Below are positions 1 through 8,650 of a DNA stretch of 21,135 nt, piece by piece. Location of the stretch: assembly GCA_031409655.1 (NCBI GenBank), contig JANNXQ010000137.1, positions 1 to 21,135 on the forward strand, written 5' to 3'. Each line of letters opens with the position of its first letter. Position 1 is the first letter of the stretch. The stretch is from Chthoniobacteraceae bacterium (GTDB taxonomy: Bacteria; Verrucomicrobiota; Verrucomicrobiia; Chthoniobacterales; Chthoniobacteraceae). The notes under the pieces were generated by a model. The model was given only the letters and a program-made list of their open reading frames with translations. It made no database searches and was not told where the DNA came from. A program made the position numbers and the translations under genes.

Positions 1-1388
1 ATGTCGGCGAGGGAGGTAAGTTCGCCGCAGGCGCGGGCTTGCACGAGCACGTTGCCGAGCACGGTGGCTTCCACGGGGCCGGCGAGCACCGGACGCCGAC
101 AGGCATTGGCGGTGAATTGATTGAGCAGGCGATTGCGCGAGCCGCCACCGACGATGTTCACGGCACCGATAAAGCTGCCGGTCATCTCTTTCAGCCAGTT
201 TAGGACGTTGCCATATTTAATCGCGAGACTCTCCAAGGTGCAGCGGACGAATTCGCCTTCCGTATTCGGCACCGGCTGACCGGTCTCGCGGCAGAATTGG
301 GCGATGGCGGCGGGCATGTCCGGCGGGCTGAGAAAGAGCGCGTCGTCGGGATCGACGAGCGAACGGAACGCCGGCGCAACCGCGGCAGCGGCCACGAGCG
401 CCGCGTAGTCATTCGTGCTCCCTTTCTTTTCAAAAGAGCGTCGGCAACCCTGCACGAGCCAAAGGCCCATGATGTTTTTCAGCAGGCGATAGGTGCCGTC
501 CACGCCGCCTTCGTTAGTCAGATTCAATTCAAAGGCGCGGTCCGAAAGGTCGGGCTCGTGCAGTTCGACGCCGAGCAGGGACCACGTGCCGGAGCTGATG
601 TAGGCGAGTCGTCCGCGACCTTCCTCCGCCGCGCCAGGCACACCGGCGACGGCCGAGCCGGTGTCGTGAGTCGCGGGCGCGATCACTTCCACAGCGGCAG
701 GCAGGCCAGTGCGTTCGCGCACCTCAGGCAGCAAGCGCCCAAGCCGCGTGCCGGGCGGTACCACCTCCGGAAGCATCGCCGTGGGCAGTCCGAGCTTTTG
801 CAGCAGTTCCACGGACCATGTCTTCTTCGTCGGATGGAAAAACTGCGTTGTCGTAGCGTTTGTGAACTCCCCCACACGCGCTCCGCACATTTTGAAGTGC
901 AGATAGTCCGGGATCATCAGGAACTTATCTGCCGAGGCCAGCAGTGTCGGATCCCGCTCCTGCGTGGCGACGAGTTGGTAGAGCGTGTTGATCTCCATGA
1001 ATTGCACGCCGCTCGCCGCCCAGATCTCCTCGTGCGAGACCCGCGACTTCACCTTCTCCAGGATGCCGCGGGTGCGGGCGTCGCGGTAGTTCCACGGTTG
1101 CTCGATCAGCGCGCCCGTCTTGTCGATCAGCACGTAATCGACGCCCCACGTATCCACGCCCACCGACACGATCGCGTCGCCGAAACGCTTCGCCGCCAGC
1201 CCGAGCCCGCGCTCGATCTCGTCCCAGATGCGCGTGATGTCCCAGCGCAGGGTGTCGCCGATCGGCGTGATCCCGGTGGGGAAGCGATGGACCTCTTCGA
1301 GGCGCATCTTCGCGCCGTCCCAGAGTCCGGCCATCACGCGGCCGCTCTCGGCGCCGCAGTCCACGGCGAGGTAGCATTTGTCTTTCAT
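1..1388 (-). CDS. rhaB: Rhamnulokinase / FGGY-family sugar kinase (3' end runs off the window)
   Basis: Absent from the ORF track because there is no stop in the window. Manual translation from ATG 1388 gives MKDKCYLAVDCGAESGRV...GVDTWGVDY...THDTGSAV...YISSGTWSLLG...NEGGVDGTYRLLKNIMGLW...IVGGGSRN...GPVEAT, which are RhaB/FGGY motifs. Confidence 0.88.
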   Translation of the reverse strand, partial: MKDKCYLAVDCGAESGRVMAGLWDGAKMRLEEVHRFPTGITPIGDTLRWDITRIWDEIERGLGLAAKRFGDAIVSVGVDTWGVDYVLIDKTGALIEQPWNYRDARTRGILEKVKSRVSHEEIWAASGVQFMEINTLYQLVATQERDPTLLASADKFLMIPDYLHFKMCGARVGEFTNATTTQFFHPTKKTWSVELLQKLGLPTAMLPEVVPPGTRLGRLLPEVRERTGLPAAVEVIAPATHDTGSAVAGVPGAAEEGRGRLAYISSGTWSLLGVELHEPDLSDRAFELNLTNEGGVDGTYRLLKNIMGLWLVQGCRRSFEKKGSTNDYAALVAAAAVAPAFRSLVDPDDALFLSPPDMPAAIAQFCRETGQPVPNTEGEFVRCTLESLAIKYGNVLNWLKEMTGSFIGAVNIVGGGSRNRLLNQFTANACRRPVLAGPVEATVLGNVLVQARACGELTSLAD

Positions 1389-1398
1389 GTCGTGGCGA

Positions 1399-2697
1399 TT
1401 ATTTGGTGGAAAAAGCAGCCGTCAGCTCCGCGATCACGGCATCGGACATGGGCACGACTTCGCCGAGCGGGCGGCTATTGATCAGCGCCTCGGAGGTCGT
1501 CTCGAGTACCTCGAGTCGGTCAAAGGCATCCAGCACACTCGTGCCGCAGACGAGCACGCCGTCGTTCTCGATCAGTGCGATGGGATCGTTCGGCGACAGT
1601 CGCTCCGCGACGCTCGCGCCGTCGCCGTATTGCTCGCCGAAGGGGATGCGCGCCACGTCCTTGAGGAAGAGATAACTCTCGGGAATCGTGCGGCTGTCGA
1701 GCGCCGTGCCGGTGACGCTGAAGGCCGTGGAGTTCACCGGCAGCGCATTGACGATCGCGCGGAATTGCGGGTGCCGCCGGTAAATCGCCGCGTGCAGCCG
1801 CGTTGCCCGACTCGGCGAGCGTCCTGCCTCCGCCGAGCCATCGCGCACCAGCACCATGTCCGCGATGCCGACGGACCCACGATCCGCGCGCGCCGGGGTG
1901 ATGAGCATCGAGCCATCCGCAAGCCGCGCCGAGAAACTGCCTTCCGTGCTGATCAACAGCCGCTGCCGATAGCCGCGCTGGAGAAAGTCCGCGAGCTGCC
2001 GGCGCAGATCCTTTTCCTCTTCGCTCGCCGCATCCGGCGTGAAGTGCGGCAGCGCCACGCTGCTCCGTTGCGCCACCTGCGCCTCACTCAGATACCGCAC
2101 TTCGCCGAGATGACTCCCCTTGATGATCGTCTTGGCCGTGAACTCAAACGTCTCAAACCGCTCGAAGGCTCGTTGCAGATTTTCGCCCGCGCAGACGACG
2201 CCATGATTTTCCAGCACCACGCAGTCAAAGCCTTCGGCAAAAGTGCGCGCGATGTTCTCCCCCAGCGCCGCACTCCCCGGCAACGCATAGGGCGCGAAAC
2301 CCGCCGCCCCACACACGTGCCGCGCCTGCGGAAAGAGCCGCGTGTCCGGCACGCGCCGACACACACTGAAGGCCACCAGCGCCACCGCATGCGCATGCAC
2401 GATCCCGCCCAAATCCGGTCGCCGCGCATAGATCGCCTGGTGAAATGGCAACTCGCTGGAAGGCGGATGCAATCCCTCGCGCCGCCCATCTGCCCGCACA
2501 CAGACGATGTCCTCACGCCGCAGCGTCCCTTTATCCACCCGCGCCGGCGTGATCCAGATGTCGCCATTCGGCTCGCGGATGGAAAGATTGCCGCCCGATG
2601 TGGTCGTCATCCGGTAGCGATAAATGCGCTCCATGGTGCGCATGATTTCATCGCGGGGATGGAGGAGGGTGCGACAGCTTGTGGGATTCTGGTTCAT
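1399..2697 (-). CDS. Class II aldolase/adducin family protein with two tandem domains (fuculose/rhamnulose-1-P aldolase-like)
   Basis: Domain 1: GGNLS, ITP, PSSE, HAH, ENHG. Domain 2 repeats the scaffold: EGSFS, ITP, SPSR, ENDG. Ends 10 bp upstream of rhaB on the same strand. Confidence 0.88.
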   Translation of the reverse strand: MNQNPTSCRTLLHPRDEIMRTMERIYRYRMTTTSGGNLSIREPNGDIWITPARVDKGTLRREDIVCVRADGRREGLHPPSSELPFHQAIYARRPDLGGIVHAHAVALVAFSVCRRVPDTRLFPQARHVCGAAGFAPYALPGSAALGENIARTFAEGFDCVVLENHGVVCAGENLQRAFERFETFEFTAKTIIKGSHLGEVRYLSEAQVAQRSSVALPHFTPDAASEEEKDLRRQLADFLQRGYRQRLLISTEGSFSARLADGSMLITPARADRGSVGIADMVLVRDGSAEAGRSPSRATRLHAAIYRRHPQFRAIVNALPVNSTAFSVTGTALDSRTIPESYLFLKDVARIPFGEQYGDGASVAERLSPNDPIALIENDGVLVCGTSVLDAFDRLEVLETTSEALINSRPLGEVVPMSDAVIAELTAAFSTK

Positions 2698-2803
2698 ACG
2701 TGGCTCATGGCCGGAGACTGCCCGTAACTCAGGAGCGCTGCAAGACGCTCCGGGGGCCTTCCAGACCCTCCGGCTTATGACACGGGCGGGGCGGAAAAAG
2801 CAT

Positions 2804-2832
2804 TTGACGCCCCCGGCGTGGGCTCCTACTTT
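2804..2832 (+). promoter_or_regulatory. Sigma70-type promoter for the riboswitch operon
   Basis: TTGACG-N17-TACTTT, ending 9 nt before the riboswitch P1 5' strand. Confidence 0.7.
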
Positions 2833-2841
2833 CCGCCCACT

Positions 2842-3046
2842 TTCATCAAGAGTGACCGAGGGTTCTGGCCCGTAGAAGTCACGGCAACCGCCTGATGAAA
2901 GGATGAAGGCGGAAGGATGAAGGATGAAGAAGATGGGCGCACGAGGCGCTCTTCACTTCATCGTTCCGCCTTCATCCTTTTTCCTTTCGCCGGGGTCCAG
3001 GTGCCAAATCCAGCCCGAGGCGCGCAAGCGTCGAGGGGAAGATGAA
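2842..3046 (+). promoter_or_regulatory. SAM-I (S-box) riboswitch aptamer with an enlarged P3
   Basis: P1 TTCATC (2842-2847) pairs with GATGAA (3041-3046). ATCAAGAG; P2 GTGAC..GAGGG-TTCTGG-CCC..GTCAC; GGCAACC (2883-2889)...GGTGCC-AAAT-CCAG (3000-3013); pseudoknot CTGG/CCAG; P4 with a GCAA loop. Confidence 0.92.
2893..2988. repeat. Heptamer-repeat hairpin element 1 (GGATGAA units) inside riboswitch P3
   Basis: Left arm GGATGAA GGCGGAA GGATGAA GGATGAA (2901-2928). Right arm TTCATCG TTCCGCC TTCATCC TTTTTCC (2957-2984). Confidence 0.85.
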
Positions 3047-3127
3047 TGCAGGCAAGTTCCGCGCGGCTCGCAACCCCGGCACCGTCTTTGCACTCATTGG
3101 AAATATGATCCTTGGTGGGAGTGCAAA
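3041..3127 (+). promoter_or_regulatory. Riboswitch expression platform: RBS-sequestering hairpin with anti-sequestrator
   Basis: TTTGCACTC (3087-3095) and GAGTGCAAA (3119-3127) form a perfect 9-bp inverted repeat overlapping the GGGAG RBS before ATG 3132. GATGAATGCAGG (3041-3052) can alternatively pair with TTTGCACTCATT. Confidence 0.7.
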
Positions 3128-3131
3128 ACCT

Positions 3132-4394
3132 ATGGACAAACCGTCGCCCTATTTCTCGAATCTGAAGTGCCGCGAGTGCGGACGCCTTTACCCCAAACAG
3201 GCCATCCATGTCTGCGACTACGACTTTGGCCCGCTGGAGGCGGCCTATGACTATGAGGCCATCCGTGCGGTAATGACGCGGGCGGCGATCGAATCGCGGC
3301 CGCAGTCGATGTGGCGCTATCGCGAGCTGCTGCCGATCGATGGCGAACCGACGGTGGGTACGCAGGTTGGCTTCACGCCGCTGGTGAAAGCGGATCGGCT
3401 GGCGAAAGTGCTGGGCATCCGCGAGCTGTATATCAAGAACGACACCGTCAACTACCCGACGCTGAGCTTTAAGGATCGCGTGGTTTCGGTGGCGCTGAGC
3501 CGGGCGCGCGAGCTGGGCTTTTCGGTGGTGGCGTGTGCCTCGACGGGCAATCTGGCTAACTCCGTGGCGGCGAATGCGGCGAGCGTGGGGCTGAAGAGCT
3601 ACGTGCTCATCCCGGCGGATCTGGAGCAGGGGAAGGTGCTGGGGTCGCTGGTCTACGGGACGAATGTCATCGCCATCCACGGCGCCTACGATCAGGTGAA
3701 CCGGTTGTGTTCGGAGATCGCTGGGAAGTACGGCTGGGGTTTTGTGAATGTGAATTTGCGCCCTTATTACGCAGAGGGCTCGAAGACGATGGGCTTTGAG
3801 ATCGCGGAGCAACTCGGCTGGCGGCTGCCGCGGCATACGGTGATCCCGATGGCGTCGGGTTCGCTGCTCACGAAAATTCACAAGTCTTACAAGGAGTTCA
3901 TCCACCTCGGGTTGGTGGAGAAAAGCGCCTTCAGTGTGCATGGGTCGCAGGCGACGGGCTGTTCGCCGATTTCCGAAGCGCGGAAAAAGGGCACGGACAT
4001 CGTGAAGCCCGTGCCGAAGCCGAACACGATCGCCAAGTCCCTCGCCATCGGGACGCCCGCGGATGGTTACTACGCGATTCACTCGATGAAGGAGACCGGC
4101 GGCACGGCGGAAGACGCGACGGACGAAGAGATCGTCGAAGGTATCAAGCTGCTCGCGGAGCACGAGGGCATCTTCGCCGAAACCGCCGGCGGCGTGACTG
4201 TCGCCTGTGCGAGGAAGCTCATCGCGAACGGCTCCATCCCGCGCGGCGACAGTGCCGTGCTCTGCATTACCGGCCATGGGCTGAAGACGCAGGAGGCGAT
4301 CGTCGGGAAGTGCGGCGAGCCGCGGACCATCGCGCCAAGCTTGCGGGAATTTGAAGAGCAGATCTACAACGTGGACACCGCCGCCGCCACCTGA
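3132..4394 (+). CDS. thrC: Threonine-synthase-like fold-type II PLP enzyme; context suggests homocysteine/methionine synthesis
   Basis: N-terminal CRECG..CDYD, GFTPL, PTLSFKDR (PLP Lys), ASTGN, EGSKT, GIFAETAGG, ITGHGLK. Start moved to ATG 3132 because there is an RBS at ~3117-3121 and the upstream ORF part overlaps the riboswitch. Confidence 0.88.
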   Translation: MDKPSPYFSNLKCRECGRLYPKQAIHVCDYDFGPLEAAYDYEAIRAVMTRAAIESRPQSMWRYRELLPIDGEPTVGTQVGFTPLVKADRLAKVLGIRELYIKNDTVNYPTLSFKDRVVSVALSRARELGFSVVACASTGNLANSVAANAASVGLKSYVLIPADLEQGKVLGSLVYGTNVIAIHGAYDQVNRLCSEIAGKYGWGFVNVNLRPYYAEGSKTMGFEIAEQLGWRLPRHTVIPMASGSLLTKIHKSYKEFIHLGLVEKSAFSVHGSQATGCSPISEARKKGTDIVKPVPKPNTIAKSLAIGTPADGYYAIHSMKETGGTAEDATDEEIVEGIKLLAEHEGIFAETAGGVTVACARKLIANGSIPRGDSAVLCITGHGLKTQEAIVGKCGEPRTIAPSLREFEEQIYNVDTAAAT

Positions 4395-4402
4395 ACCTCT
4401 GC

Positions 4403-4490
4403 GTGAATGGTGATCGGTGATTGGTGGATCGACTTCCGCCTGCCGTCCGCGCGACCATCCACGAGTTACCGATCACCGATCACCATTCAC
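4403..4490. repeat. Heptamer-repeat hairpin element 2 (GTGATCG units), intergenic
   Basis: GTGAATG GTGATCG GTGATTG GTGGATC ... CATCCAC GAGTTAC CGATCAC CGATCAC CATTCAC. 4403-4421 and 4472-4490 form a perfect 19-bp inverted repeat. Confidence 0.88.
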
Positions 4491-4502
4491 ATCCGATCCC
4501 CA

Positions 4503-4775
4503 ATGCCCTCCGTCCTCATCCCCACACCCCTCCGCAAGCTCACCAACGAACTGGAAACCGTCAGCGCCGCCGGCGCGAATATCGGCGAACTGCTCGATAA
4601 TCTCGACGCGGCTTTTCCCGGCCTCAAAGACCGCATCTGCGACGAAGCCGGCAATGTCCGCCGCTTCGTGAATATCTTCGTCAACGGGGAGGATATTCGC
4701 TTTCTCGAAGAGAAGGCCACGCCAGTGAAGGACGCGGACGAGATCAGCATCGTGCCAGCGATTGCCGGCGGCTAG
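4503..4775 (+). CDS. MoaD/ThiS/CysO-family ubiquitin-fold sulfur carrier protein
   Basis: MPSVLIPTPLRKLT...RRFVNIFVNGEDIRF...SIVPAIAGG*, 90 aa with a free C-terminal GG. The longer ORF call (4407) only translates the repeat. Confidence 0.92.
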   Translation: MPSVLIPTPLRKLTNELETVSAAGANIGELLDNLDAAFPGLKDRICDEAGNVRRFVNIFVNGEDIRFLEEKATPVKDADEISIVPAIAGG

Positions 4776-4799
4776 AGGCCGGCGGAACGCAATTCTCCT

Positions 4800-5045
4800 A
4801 TGGAAGAAAAACAACGCCTCTGGCTCATGTTTCCCGCGCGGCTGATCACGCAGCCCGTGGTCTGGGAACTCGCGCAAAAATTCAAGGTCGTGACCAACGT
4901 GCGGCAAGCCAGCGTGACCGATGAGATCGGCATCGTCTCGCTTTCGCTGGGCGGCGAACGTGACGAAATTAAAAGGGCGATCAAGTGGCTCGAAGAGACC
5001 GGGGTCAAGGTGGAGCCAGTGGAGATCAATACGATCGAAGGCTGA
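4800..5045 (+). CDS. Stand-alone NIL-domain protein
   Basis: 81 aa: LMFP..ITQPVVWELAQKFKVVTNVRQA...LSLGG...AIKWLEETGVKVE, matching the NIL (MetN C-terminal-like) pattern. Confidence 0.82.
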   Translation: MEEKQRLWLMFPARLITQPVVWELAQKFKVVTNVRQASVTDEIGIVSLSLGGERDEIKRAIKWLEETGVKVEPVEINTIEG

Positions 5046-5050
5046 CGGGC

Positions 5051-5169
5051 CCCCGGGAGCGCCACCATCCCGTGCGGTAGTCTGTGGTCTGCGCGCAGCG
5101 CGCCCAACGAGGGAATGGCGCTGCGCGCGTTTGTTCGGACGGCCGCACGGGACGGCGGCGCTCCCGGGG
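5051..5169. repeat. REP/REPIN-like palindromic element, copy A, between convergent genes
   Basis: Outer arms 5051-5078 and 5142-5169 are 25/28 complementary. Inner perfect 11-bp inverted repeat at 5091-5101 / 5118-5128. Confidence 0.85.
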
Positions 5170-5170
5170 A

Positions 5171-7705
5171 TTAAAACTCCACCGGCGGCGGTGGGTCGAT
5201 TTTGATGGTTGTATCGACGGTCTGCACGGTGCCGGCTTGTTCGAGCGGTCGCACGGGTTCCGCGCGGCGCACCTCGATTTCCTTTTCCACCTCCGGCGTC
5301 TCGACGGGTGCCGGGATTTCCTTCGCGCTTTGCACGGGTGCCATCTGGCCGTTGAGCTGTTTCATGGCGATCAAGTTACTGATCGCCTGGCTGGAGTTGT
5401 AAGGATCTTCGCCAAGCACCGTGGGCGCGTTCAGCACGATGGGCGTATGGGCCGCCACGTTGACGGCGAGAGACGCCCGCGGCCATTCGGCACTCGGGAT
5501 GACTTTGACAAAGCTCTGAGGCGCGAACGTCCCGCTGTGATATTCGCAACCCCGCTTCGGCGCCTGTTCCTCGGTGCAGATCTCGAAGTAAGTGGTGCGG
5601 CGCTGGATGGTCTCTCCGGTCTCGCCGTTTTGGGCGGTCTCGACGCACTTGTCCGTCGCAAGCATGCCAGAGGCCGAGCAGATCTCGCATTTGAGCAGGC
5701 CCTTTGGTTCGGGGATTTCCTGCGCCTTGTAGTTGGCGAAGGTCGCCTTCATGACGTTCACCCAAATGGGGAGGGCGATGTCCTTGCTGAAGGCACCACG
5801 GTAGATGGGATGGGGCTTGTCAAAACCGGCCCACACGCCGCAGGTCACGGCACTCGAGTAACCGACGAACCAAGTGTCGGTGAAATTGTAAGCGGTGCCC
5901 GTCTTGCCTCCGAGTGGGAAGCGCTTCAGGCCGAGTTCCGTGAAAGTGGTATCGGCGGTGCCGCGCTCGAGCACATCGGCGAGGCAGCTATGCACTTCGT
6001 AAGCGGTGGTCGGTTTGAGCACGCGCTTCATGGGCGTGCGGCCTTGGAAAATCACTTTACCGTCCTTGGACTCGATGTGGTCGATGATGAAGGGTTTCTC
6101 CGGTCGCGTGCCGAGATTGGGGAAAAGGGTGTAAGCGGTCGTTAGCTCCATGAGGTTCACCTCACTGCTGCCGAGATAGGTCGCCGGGAAGGGGCGAAGA
6201 GGGCTTTCGATGCCAGCCTCCTTGGCGAGTGGGACCACCTTATCAAGGCCGGTCATCATGCCCATCAGCACCGTAGCCCCATTCTTTGATTTCATGAGCG
6301 CGGTGCGCGCGGAGATTGTGCCTTCGTATTTGTTGTCCACGCGCTCGGGCCCCCATTCGCCGAGGATCCCGGTCGTCCCACCGATCATGACTTTGCGATT
6401 TTCAAAGACCTCGTCCTTTAAAACCGTGCCGGGGAAATGGCCGCGCTCGAAGGCGGCCGCATAGACGATCGGCTTGAAGGCGGTCCCGGGTGGACGTTGC
6501 GAAGTCAGCGCGCGGTCGTACTCGCTGTGCTGAAACTCGCGACCTCCGACGAGCGTTAAAATTCCGCCCGTCGCATTGTCGAGCGCCACGATCGCGCCTT
6601 GTAAATACTCAGGCGTGGGGAGCGGCGGGATGTCGGCCGCATCCGGTGCCGCCAGCTTTCGCTCACGCGCCCGGAACTGCTGGTCGTAGTCCGAGAAGGT
6701 CGCACCTTCAAAACCCTCATGCCGCTCGACGGTGGCGAGCTGATCGCGGAGCGCCTGCTCCGCCTTTTTCTGCAGCTCCCCATCGATCGTCGTGTGAATC
6801 CGGAGGCCGTCGCTGATCGCTGAGTCGCGACCGAACTGCGCGATGACCTGCTGCGCGACGACGCTGAGCGCATACGATTCCTGATGGATCTGCTGCCGAT
6901 TTTTTACGAAAAACTCCTGGGTGATCGTGGCGTCGTATTCGGCCTTGGTGATGCTCCCGAGTTCGAGCATTCGACCGAGGACAAAGTTGCGCTGTTCGAG
7001 ACAAGCCTGGCGGTTCTTCCACGGCGCGAGATTGTTCGGGCTCTTGAGCATTCCGGCCAAGGCAGCGGCTTCGGAGAGGTTCACGTCCAGCGCGCGCTTG
7101 CCGAAATAGCCGCGGGCCGCCGCCTCCACTCCGTAGAAGCCTGAGCCGAAGAAGACACGGTTCAGGTAGAACTCGAGGATCTTCGCTTTGTCGTGACGCT
7201 TCTCGATTTCGCGGGCGACGAAGATTTCGAGCAGCTTCCGATGGTAGCCGCGGTCGTTGCTGGGGAGTTCGTCGGGGAAGGAGTTGCGGGCGAGCTGCTG
7301 AGTGAGCGTGCTCGCGCCCTGGCGGGTGCGTCCGGCCCGGTAGTTCTTCACCATCGCGCGGATGATGCCCTGATAGTCCACTCCAGAATGTTGATAGAAG
7401 CGGGTGTCTTCTGCGGCGACGACGGCCCGCAGAAGTTCGGGCGAAATCTTGTCCAGCGGCACCTTGTCGCGGTTCTGGATGAAGATGCGCCCGAGGACCG
7501 CGCCGGCGCGGTCCAGGATCACGCTGGCAGACTCCATCTCGCTGAGCTCGCGGTAGTCGTAAGCCGACGCGCGTTCCTCCCATTTGCTTTTCTCCATCCA
7601 CGCCCAGGTAAAGGCGACGATGAGCAGGCTCGCGATCAAGGCTAGGGGGATCCATAGCCATGGGCGGCGATAGAAGGCGGTGCGGTTTTGCTTAAGGTTC
7701 CACAT
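5171..7705 (-). CDS. mrcA: Class A penicillin-binding protein (PBP1A; transglycosylase plus transpeptidase)
   Basis: N-terminal TM helix; EDTRFYQHSGVD, GASTLTQQL, YLNRVFFG; transpeptidase motifs GTAFKP, SKN, KTGT; Cys-rich C-terminal extension. Confidence 0.92.
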   Translation of the reverse strand: MWNLKQNRTAFYRRPWLWIPLALIASLLIVAFTWAWMEKSKWEERASAYDYRELSEMESASVILDRAGAVLGRIFIQNRDKVPLDKISPELLRAVVAAEDTRFYQHSGVDYQGIIRAMVKNYRAGRTRQGASTLTQQLARNSFPDELPSNDRGYHRKLLEIFVAREIEKRHDKAKILEFYLNRVFFGSGFYGVEAAARGYFGKRALDVNLSEAAALAGMLKSPNNLAPWKNRQACLEQRNFVLGRMLELGSITKAEYDATITQEFFVKNRQQIHQESYALSVVAQQVIAQFGRDSAISDGLRIHTTIDGELQKKAEQALRDQLATVERHEGFEGATFSDYDQQFRARERKLAAPDAADIPPLPTPEYLQGAIVALDNATGGILTLVGGREFQHSEYDRALTSQRPPGTAFKPIVYAAAFERGHFPGTVLKDEVFENRKVMIGGTTGILGEWGPERVDNKYEGTISARTALMKSKNGATVLMGMMTGLDKVVPLAKEAGIESPLRPFPATYLGSSEVNLMELTTAYTLFPNLGTRPEKPFIIDHIESKDGKVIFQGRTPMKRVLKPTTAYEVHSCLADVLERGTADTTFTELGLKRFPLGGKTGTAYNFTDTWFVGYSSAVTCGVWAGFDKPHPIYRGAFSKDIALPIWVNVMKATFANYKAQEIPEPKGLLKCEICSASGMLATDKCVETAQNGETGETIQRRTTYFEICTEEQAPKRGCEYHSGTFAPQSFVKVIPSAEWPRASLAVNVAAHTPIVLNAPTVLGEDPYNSSQAISNLIAMKQLNGQMAPVQSAKEIPAPVETPEVEKEIEVRRAEPVRPLEQAGTVQTVDTTIKIDPPPPVEF

Positions 7706-7810
7706 CAGGGCAGCAACAAAGCGGCGCTTTAAGTCCCATGGATTTCAGGTGCGTGCAAGGCTCGATGCCGTGAACCGGATGGGCCCGCTCCAGAGTTTGA
7801 ATGAGCCCGT

Positions 7811-8581
7811 TTACTTGTGCAGCAGACCGGCAATGTGGGTGGCGAGAAAGACGGTGTTCAGCAGCACGAGCACCGCGATCAGTTTATCCGAGTGGCCGGG
7901 CTTTTCTCCCACGACCGTCGGTTCGCGCAGCAGAAAGGCCAGGACCGTGGCGCCGGCAAACCAGGTCGCGTAGTTTTGCAGCGGAGCGGTGCTTGGTTGA
8001 TTGCTCGCGGGCGCGTACCACGACCACCAGCCACGCAATTGGGACGCGAGCGATTCCAGATTCCAAATGGTGAGAACGGCGCAGATGCCGGCACCGAGGG
8101 CGACCTGGGTATGGCTGGCGTGCCGGAAGCAGCGCATCCAGAGCGCGCGGCCGCCAAAAATGAGGATCAGCCAAAGGAGCGGTGCGCACGCCGGAACCAG
8201 CCCGAGTTTTGCCCCGAAGCGCAGACTGTAGCGGATCGGTCCAAGCGGCCAGGTCGTCCCCACACTGAAGGCCGCGATAGTCGCGCCGCCGACGAAGACG
8301 ATCAGCGCCCACCGGCGCGCGACGGCGATGCCGTGGGTGTCCGCGAGGCACAAATAGGCGCTGGCCGCGGCGAGGGCGATCCAGATGGCGTCCGCCAGCT
8401 TGCAAAGAAGGACGAGTGCCGAGCGCAGGCCGAGATTTGGGATCCAAGCGTCGAGTTGTACCTCGCCGATACCGGTCGTCCAGAGCACCCCGACGAGGAC
8501 CGTCCAGAGGAGGAAAAGAATCCAGAGGATCGAGCCGAGAGGCTCGAGCCACAGGCCGAGGAGTGAGACGCGACGGAGCAT
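7811..8581 (-). CDS. CruF-like (carotenoid biosynthesis/hydratase family) membrane protein
   Basis: Multi-pass hydrophobic protein with WPLGPIRYS..G..LG.VP...PLLW, WWSW and PLQNYATWF motifs resembling the CruF family. Confidence 0.65.
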   Translation of the reverse strand: MLRRVSLLGLWLEPLGSILWILFLLWTVLVGVLWTTGIGEVQLDAWIPNLGLRSALVLLCKLADAIWIALAAASAYLCLADTHGIAVARRWALIVFVGGATIAAFSVGTTWPLGPIRYSLRFGAKLGLVPACAPLLWLILIFGGRALWMRCFRHASHTQVALGAGICAVLTIWNLESLASQLRGWWSWYAPASNQPSTAPLQNYATWFAGATVLAFLLREPTVVGEKPGHSDKLIAVLVLLNTVFLATHIAGLLHK

Positions 8582-8650
8582 AGGAGTACGGGCGGCGGGT
8601 GGCGCCGTTCGTATCGCTCGCTCCGCGCTCCTGGGCAGGCGCGGAGACTT

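Noticed and set aside
297..2727. Long + strand ORFs (394 and 449 aa) and similar antisense ORFs elsewhere (e.g. 2958-4277, 15853-17634, 17861-18904)
   Set aside because: Shadow ORFs opposite well-supported genes; Arg/Ala-rich, without motifs, and expected in high-GC DNA.
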